From assembly GCA_035541135.1 (NCBI GenBank), contig DATKNW010000043.1, forward strand, positions 17,755-81,754: DNA of 64,000 nt, written 5' to 3'. The position numbers were made by a program, and so were the translations under genes. Within the stretch, counting starts at the first letter, position 1, and each line of letters begins with the position of its first letter. The stretch comes from Verrucomicrobiia bacterium (GTDB lineage Bacteria > Verrucomicrobiota > Verrucomicrobiia > Palsa-1439). Positions 58,750-64,000 of the stretch are shown in pieces. The notes below the pieces were generated by a model, which did no database searches, was not told where the DNA came from, and was given only the letters and a program-made list of their open reading frames with translations.

Positions 58750-59907
58750 CTAATCTTTTCGCGTGCGACCGAGCGGGACGGTTAGTTTGAACACGGTGCC
58801 ATTGTCGTTCGTTCCTCCCGCCCAAGCTGTCCCATAAAAACTGCCGTCGCTACCCTGGACAAGTCCTCCGTACGGCAGGCTGCCGTCGGTACCGCCGCCA
58901 AACTCGTGCAGCGTGGTCAGGGTGCCGGCGGGCGTAATCTTGAACGCGGTTCCGAGGCCGGATGAGCCGCCATAGGACGTCGTTCCGTAGAAATTGCCGT
59001 CGGTTCCTCGCACCAGCGCGGCCTCCGGGGTGGCGCCGTCAGAGCCGCCCGTGAAGCGATAGAGCGTCTTCAATTTACCTGCGGGAGAAATCTTAAATAC
59101 GCTGCCATTACTGTTCGTTCCCCCTGAAGAAGTTGTCCCGTAGAAATGGCCGTCACGGCCTTTGACAAGCGCGGCAAACGGGTTGCCGCCGTCAGCGTCG
59201 TTGCTGAAGCTATACAGGCTGGTCATCTTGCCCGTCGTCGTGATTTTGAACACCGTGCCCCAGCCGCCGTTCGCACCACCGACTTCGGTTGTTCCGTAGA
59301 GACAGGTGTTGTTCTGTGGAGCAAGGCCCGCGTACGGCTGCGAGCCTTTACTGTCAAAGCCAAACATGTGGAGGGTGGTCAACGTGCCGGCTGGCGTGAT
59401 CATGAAGACGGTGCCGAGATCATTGGTCCCGCCCTCAATGGTCACACCGTAGAAATCGCCGCCCTTGCCTTGTACGAGCTTTCCCCTGGGAAGATTGCCG
59501 TCGGTGCCGCTGAAGCTATGCGATGTGGTCAGCGCGCCGCTCGATGTGACTTTGAACACAGTACCGTATCCGCCATTCGCCCCGCCACTACTGGTCACGC
59601 CATAGAAACAGCCGTCAGTGCCTTCGAGCAGCGATGAAGAGGGATAACCGCCGTCGGCGCCTCCGCTAAAATGATAGAGTGTGGTCAGAGTACCGCTGGA
59701 GCTAATCTGGAATATCGTACCGTATCCGCCCTCGGGATCCCCGTCTGCGGTTGTCCCGTAAAAATAACCGTCGCTGCCCTGGACAAGTCCCCATGCCGGG
59801 TTGTGGCCGTCGTTACCTCCGCTAAACAGGTGGAGGGTTGTCAGTGTCTGCCCGTTGGCTCGGTTGGGCACGCATACCAGAACTGAGGCGGCAATTACGA
59901 CGAGCAT
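58750..59907 (-). CDS. Secreted tandem-repeat protein with about 8 repeats of ~47 aa, resembling the Gloeobacter/Verrucomicrobia (GloVer) choice-of-anchor repeat.
   Basis: Signal peptide [20 protein letters not shown] followed by repeats of the form TLTTL[HY]xF.GG.DG..P.a.LvqG.DG.FYGTT..GG..g.GTVFKIT..G. The protein has a very high G/T/S content. Confidence 0.6.
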   Translation of the reverse strand: MLVVIAASVLVCVPNRANGQTLTTLHLFSGGNDGHNPAWGLVQGSDGYFYGTTADGDPEGGYGTIFQISSSGTLTTLYHFSGGADGGYPSSSLLEGTDGCFYGVTSSGGANGGYGTVFKVTSSGALTTSHSFSGTDGNLPRGKLVQGKGGDFYGVTIEGGTNDLGTVFMITPAGTLTTLHMFGFDSKGSQPYAGLAPQNNTCLYGTTEVGGANGGWGTVFKITTTGKMTSLYSFSNDADGGNPFAALVKGRDGHFYGTTSSGGTNSNGSVFKISPAGKLKTLYRFTGGSDGATPEAALVRGTDGNFYGTTSYGGSSGLGTAFKITPAGTLTTLHEFGGGTDGSLPYGGLVQGSDGSFYGTAWAGGTNDNGTVFKLTVPLGRTRKD

Positions 59908-60040
59908 TCGGAGGAGTCTCACGGCGCTTTCCCAGCTTCTCCGCAAGCCAGTAAATAACAATTCTGCAGGGAAGTCGAGGGAATTCGGTTGTCGCCGAGA
60001 AACGCGCGGGATAGATTTGCATCGAATTCCAGAAAGGATG

Positions 60041-60628
60041 GTCGCCATGGCGTTCACACTGCAAATCGGAGACAAGGCGCCGGATTTCAAACTGCCGGCG
60101 ACGGACGGCAAAACCTATCGGCTGGCGGATTTCGCGGACGCGAAAGTCCTCGTTGTTTTCTTCACGTGCAACCACTGCCCGTATGTGACCGGGTCGGACG
60201 AGGTTACGCGCAAGACGGCGGAGAAATTCACCGCGCAGGGCGTAAAGTTCGTCGGCATCAATTCCAACAGCAAGAACACGTATCACGAGGACGATTTCCC
60301 GCACATGGTAAGCCGGATGGAGGAGAAGAAGTTCCCGTGGTTGTACCTGTATGACGAATCGCAGGACGTGGCGCGGGCGTATGGGGCATTGCGGACGCCG
60401 CATTTCTACGTGTTCAACCAGGCCCGCAAACTGGTCTACACCGGCCGCGGCGTGGACAGCCCGCGCGACACGAGCCGGATGACCATCAACGACCTGGAGA
60501 ACGCGTTGCGCGATCATCTGGCGGGCAAGCCCGTATCGAAGCCTCTGACCAATCCCATCGGTTGCAACGTGAAGTGGGACGGCAAAGACGCCCATTGGAT
60601 GCCCGCCGAGGCCTGCGATCTGGTTTGA
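60041..60628 (+). CDS. Thioredoxin-fold protein (AhpC/TSA / thiol-disulfide oxidoreductase-like).
   Basis: [33 protein letters not shown] has the AhpC/TSA-like CxxC-type motif CNHCP. AAAGGA lies 3 nt before the ATG. Confidence 0.7.
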   Translation, partial: VAMAFTLQIGDKAPDFKLPATDGKTYRLADFADAKVLVVFFTCNHCPYVTGSDEVTRKTAEKFTAQGVKFVGINSNSKNTYHEDDFPHMVSRMEEKKFPWLYLYDESQDVARAYGALRTPHFYVFNQARKLVYTGRGVDSPRDTSRMTINDLENALRDHLAGKPVSKPLTNPIGCNVKWDGKDAHWMPAEACDLV

Positions 60629-60631
60629 CCG

Positions 60632-61636
60632 ATGCAGGTCCTCATTATCGGCGGGACGGGGCTGATCAGCCGCGGCATCGTCAAGCAACTGCTCACACGC
60701 GGCGCGGAGGTCACCGTGTTCAACCGCGCCCAGCGCGAGGACACGCTCCCGCCTGAAGTGAAACGCATCCGCGGCGATCGCAATCACTTCAACGAATACG
60801 AGCAGACCATGCTGGCGACGCGCTTCGACGTGGTCATCGATATGGTCTGCTTCGGTCCCGAGCAGGCGGCCGGCGCGGTCGGCGCATTTGGCGGACGTTG
60901 TCAGCAGTTCATCTTCTGTTCTACCGTCTGCACGTACGGCGTGAAAGTGCCGCCGGGCGTGTTGATCGATGAATCGTTCCCGCAAGAACCGATCAGCGAA
61001 TACGGACGGAACAAGGTGGCTTGCGAAAAGATTCTTCGTCGGGCCCATGATGATCGTCGCTTCCAGCTAACCATCATCCGTCCCAGCCACACGTACGGTC
61101 CCGGCGCGCCGCTGATCGACAACCTCGAACCCGACGCCGTCGCCTGGGACCGCATCGAGCGCGGCCAGCCCGTGCTGTGCGCGGGCGACGGACTGGGCTT
61201 ATGGCAATCCACGCACCGGGACGACGTTGGCAAACTTTTCGCCTACGCGGCGCTCAACCCCAGAGCCTATGGCCAGGAATACAACGCCACGCGCGATGAG
61301 ATTGTCACGTGGCGCGATTACTATCGGCATGTCGCCGCCGCACTGGGCAAACCGGCCCGGCTCATATTCATGCCCGCCGCGTGGATCGTGGGGCACGACC
61401 CGCAACGGTTCAACCTCCTCCACGAGATCACGCAGTTCCACGGCGCGTATGATTCTTCCAAGGCCCGCCGCGACGTGCCGGAGTTCCGGTGCGAGATCGA
61501 TCTCACGCGCGGCGCCGCCGGGACGTTCGCTGATATTCGCCGCCGCAACGTCTGGCGGGACAGCCGTGCTGATTCGCTCTATCAAGGGATGATCGACGAG
61601 GCGCTCGCGACCGGCGTTGAACCGGTTCCTGCATAG
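60632..61636 (+). CDS. NAD-dependent epimerase/dehydratase (extended SDR family).
   Basis: N-terminal Rossmann motif MQVLIIGGTGLISRGIVKQLL. The length of 334 aa fits. The gene starts 4 nt after the preceding gene, so the two are probably co-transcribed. Confidence 0.75.
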   Translation: MQVLIIGGTGLISRGIVKQLLTRGAEVTVFNRAQREDTLPPEVKRIRGDRNHFNEYEQTMLATRFDVVIDMVCFGPEQAAGAVGAFGGRCQQFIFCSTVCTYGVKVPPGVLIDESFPQEPISEYGRNKVACEKILRRAHDDRRFQLTIIRPSHTYGPGAPLIDNLEPDAVAWDRIERGQPVLCAGDGLGLWQSTHRDDVGKLFAYAALNPRAYGQEYNATRDEIVTWRDYYRHVAAALGKPARLIFMPAAWIVGHDPQRFNLLHEITQFHGAYDSSKARRDVPEFRCEIDLTRGAAGTFADIRRRNVWRDSRADSLYQGMIDEALATGVEPVPA

Positions 61637-61661
61637 AAGCTGGGCGGCAACCCGGTTTCGA

Positions 61662-62387
61662 TCAGAAACCGCGCTTCTTCAACTCGAGCAAGCACCGCAA
61701 GTCCAGATCGTCGGGACTGATCGCGCGCGGATGGAAATAGAACTCGTGAAAGCCGGGGCCGAGCTTTTCGATGGCGCGCGCCACTTCTTCGGCCTGCATG
61801 CAAAACGTCCGCCCGAGCCCCCATAACGTGTCGGTGCATCGATACGGGCAGTGTTTCCGCCACGAACTCATCCACAGCCAATCGGCGGGTACGACCCAAA
61901 GCGCGTCGCGGTTGGGCGAGAAGAACCGGGGTTTCCCGAGCCGCAGCCAGCCATTGAACGACGATCCGAGAACTTCGATGAGTGTTTGATACACAACGGG
62001 ATGTGCATGGAGGTGGTGGTGTGAGTTTACGAATGCGCACGGCACTCCCGACTCGCGAACCAGATCCCATTGCGCCCGAACCTCGTCGCGCATAAACTGC
62101 CGCGCTTGACGCGACGAGCCGATGGCCCAACCCGCCCGCTTGTAGGAATTGCCCCATGGCCACGTCGCGCGCGTGACGGGTTGCGAATTGTCGAGGTGCA
62201 AATGCCAGCCCATGGGCAAGTCGGGATGGTCGCGCGCCATGCGCACGGCGTCGGCACTGCCCGGCTGGCCGACCATCAAACTGACCCCGTGCAGCACGCC
62301 GTGGAGATGAGCCTCGATGATGGCGCCGTTGGCCTCCGCGCTCATCCCAAAATCATCGGCGATAAACAGCACTTGCTTGTTGGTCAT
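61662..62387 (-). CDS. ChbG/YdjC/HpnK-family carbohydrate deacetylase.
   Basis: The N-terminus VLFIADDFGMSAEANGAIIEAH matches the YdjC-family metal-binding start (I[TN]ADDFG[LM]S). The length is 241 aa. Confidence 0.65.
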   Translation of the reverse strand: MTNKQVLFIADDFGMSAEANGAIIEAHLHGVLHGVSLMVGQPGSADAVRMARDHPDLPMGWHLHLDNSQPVTRATWPWGNSYKRAGWAIGSSRQARQFMRDEVRAQWDLVRESGVPCAFVNSHHHLHAHPVVYQTLIEVLGSSFNGWLRLGKPRFFSPNRDALWVVPADWLWMSSWRKHCPYRCTDTLWGLGRTFCMQAEEVARAIEKLGPGFHEFYFHPRAISPDDLDLRCLLELKKRGF

Positions 62388-62508
62388 GTTCGACGTGGAT
62401 GTTGCTGTGCCGCAGATTCTGCCTCAAGGGACGTGGCGAGGCAATTCCCGATCGCGGTAACGGCGCGATCCGGAGACTGGCGTCGAACGACAGTTTTGTC
62501 GGGCGCTC

Positions 62509-62922
62509 CTACAGATGTGCCCGCATCTTGTCGTAAATCAGTCGCGCCAGGTCGCGGTTGGCGGTGGTGTCGAATGTGCCGACGCGTATTCGGATCTCAG
62601 TAACGGTGTCGGATTGACGGGCGAGCTGAATGATAATGCGCTGGTCCTTCGCGTTGTAGGCGTTCACCACTCCCCCGGTCGCGTCCTTGACGGTTTTGTC
62701 TCGAATCAGGCGGAATTGCAGGTCCTGCATTGATGCGAGGGCGGCGTTCCACGCCCGATCCACGCTGACCTCCTGGGTGACGTGGAGTTCATTGCCCACA
62801 TAGGAAACGGCCCCGGCCGCCCCGGCGGCCCCGACCGCTCCCACCACAAGCAGGGCGCATCCCTGCCCGACCACCATGCTTGCCAAAAGTACGGCGATTC
62901 CAATCCACTTGGTCGTTCTCAC
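62509..62922 (-). CDS. DUF3568 family lipoprotein.
   Basis: Lipobox ...VVGQGC followed by a ~110-aa domain matching DUF3568-type small lipoproteins (ALASMQDLQFRLIRDKT...TEIRIRVGTF). Confidence 0.55.
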   Translation of the reverse strand: MRTTKWIGIAVLLASMVVGQGCALLVVGAVGAAGAAGAVSYVGNELHVTQEVSVDRAWNAALASMQDLQFRLIRDKTVKDATGGVVNAYNAKDQRIIIQLARQSDTVTEIRIRVGTFDTTANRDLARLIYDKMRAHL

Positions 62923-63147
62923 GCTTCGACCTCCTTGGCCCGGAAACTAGACGATTTGAAAAACGCCGTCAACACACTTTGCCAAGCGTGCCAAAGTGTC
63001 GCTTGGCTTCGTTTTGCCGGACGCTTTTTCCGTGGTTACGAAATGGCAGGAAAACCCGACGTTGGCTATTGCGATGCCGAGCGGGTTGCATTTCGCGTCG
63101 TTCGCGACTACTAGTTCCTACAGCAGCTTTGCCGGAGGATTCGTATT

Positions 63148-64000
63148 GTGGACCTGAGCGTCCTGACGTTGTCTCGGTTTCAGTTCGCGCTGACAATAAT
63201 GTTCCACTATCTGTTCCCGCCGTTGTCGATCGGGCTCGGCGGCATTCTGGTCATCATGGAGGCGATGTACCTGGGAACGGGACGGCTGGAGTATGAGGCG
63301 ATGGCGAAATTCTGGACGAAGATTTTCGCGGTCAACTTCGCCATGGGGGTCGCGTCCGGCATCGTGATGGAATTCCAGTTCGGCACGAATTGGGCGACCT
63401 ACTCGCGGTACGTCGGCGACGTGTTCGGCTCGGCGCTGGCGGCGGAAGGCATCTTTGCGTTCTTTCTCGAATCGGGGTTTCTGGCGGTGCTGGTTTTCGG
63501 TTGGGACAGGGTCTCGCCGCGGATGCACTTTTTCTCGACGTGCATGGTCGCGCTGGGGGCGTTCTTCTCCTCGATCTGGATCGTCATCGCCAACTCGTGG
63601 CAGCAAACGCCGGCCGGTTTTCACATTGTGGGAGAAGGGCTCGGCGCGCGAGCGGAGATCACGGATTTCTGGGCGATGGTGTTCAGCCCGTCGAGCATGC
63701 ACCGCCTGGCGCACACGGTGATCGGCGCGTACATCCTCGCGGCATTTTTCGTGATGAGCATCACGGCCTACTACATTCTGAAGGGACGACACCTCGATTT
63801 CGCGAAGAAAAGTTTCACGATCGCGCTGGTCGTGGGCGCGGTGACATCGCTGGCCGAGCCGATTTCCGGCGACTTGCAGGGAAAGAAAATCGCCCAGACA
63901 CAGCCGGCGAAACTTGCGGCGATGGAAGCGGTGTTCCATACCCGCGACGGCCCGACGCCGCTGTATCTGTTTGGCCTGCCCGATCCGAAGGAGCAACAGG
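63148..64000 (+). CDS. cydA: Cytochrome bd ubiquinol oxidase subunit I. Only the N-terminal ~284 aa are in the window; the gene continues past the right edge.
   Basis: GTG start preceded by GGAGGAT. The product [31 protein letters not shown]...[19 protein letters not shown] matches the conserved CydA N-terminus, including the heme-b558 region. It is absent from the ORF track because it lacks a stop within the window. Confidence 0.8.
   Translation, partial: MDLSVLTLSRFQFALTIMFHYLFPPLSIGLGGILVIMEAMYLGTGRLEYEAMAKFWTKIFAVNFAMGVASGIVMEFQFGTNWATYSRYVGDVFGSALAAEGIFAFFLESGFLAVLVFGWDRVSPRMHFFSTCMVALGAFFSSIWIVIANSWQQTPAGFHIVGEGLGARAEITDFWAMVFSPSSMHRLAHTVIGAYILAAFFVMSITAYYILKGRHLDFAKKSFTIALVVGAVTSLAEPISGDLQGKKIAQTQPAKLAAMEAVFHTRDGPTPLYLFGLPDPKEQQ

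Noticed and set aside
63005-63025. TTGGCTtcgtTTTGCC upstream of cydA as a sigma-54 promoter.
   Set aside because: GG to GC spacing is one nucleotide short. Sigma-54 promoters are intolerant of spacing changes.
1-64000. Search for CRISPR arrays, IS elements and transposases, integrases, or rRNA.
   Set aside because: No regularly spaced direct repeats, no transposase or integrase-like translations in any frame, and no rRNA-like conserved stretches were seen.

Overview
The window is high-GC bacterial chromosome (roughly 60-65% GC), with gene content resembling Verrucomicrobia or Planctomycetes. Read from the left end it contains the features below. No mobile element, CRISPR array or rRNA was seen. 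Many antisense shadow ORFs in the six-frame track are artefacts of the high GC content.

- **tad/flp pilus fragment.** The N-terminal part of cpaB and an Flp pilin gene. The pilin gene has a strong terminator hairpin and a candidate sigma-54 promoter 60-75 bp upstream.
- **Convergent block of nine polytopic membrane proteins (1.5-15.7 kb).** Four are on the minus strand: two GT39/PMT-like paralogs, one unclassified, and one GT87/DUF2029-like. Five are tandem, translationally coupled paralogs of an unclassified family on the plus strand (ATGA stop/start overlaps). Each of the five carries a conserved D-x-D motif in the first extracytoplasmic loop, the hallmark of GT-C glycosyltransferases.
- **Orphan sigma-54-dependent response regulator (NtrC type)** and a DUF503 gene.
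- **Eight paralogous TMTC-like (GT105-type) multipass membrane proteins** with C-terminal TPR arrays. Three paralogous secreted S/T/N-rich right-handed beta-helix proteins are interleaved with them and share a conserved 3' terminator hairpin.
- **Hemicellulose/xyloglucan utilisation cluster.** GH44-like, GH3, GH94, GH31 and GH95 in one block, with two GH51 arabinofuranosidases further along.
- **Other genes.** A tandem-FKBP isomerase, tRNA-Arg(CCT), SppA, a tandem-repeat secreted protein, a thioredoxin-like gene, an NAD-dependent epimerase, a YdjC/ChbG deacetylase, a DUF3568 lipoprotein and the start of cydA.

The most notable signal is the density of GT-C-like enzymes: 17 in 64 kb, organised as recent paralog arrays.
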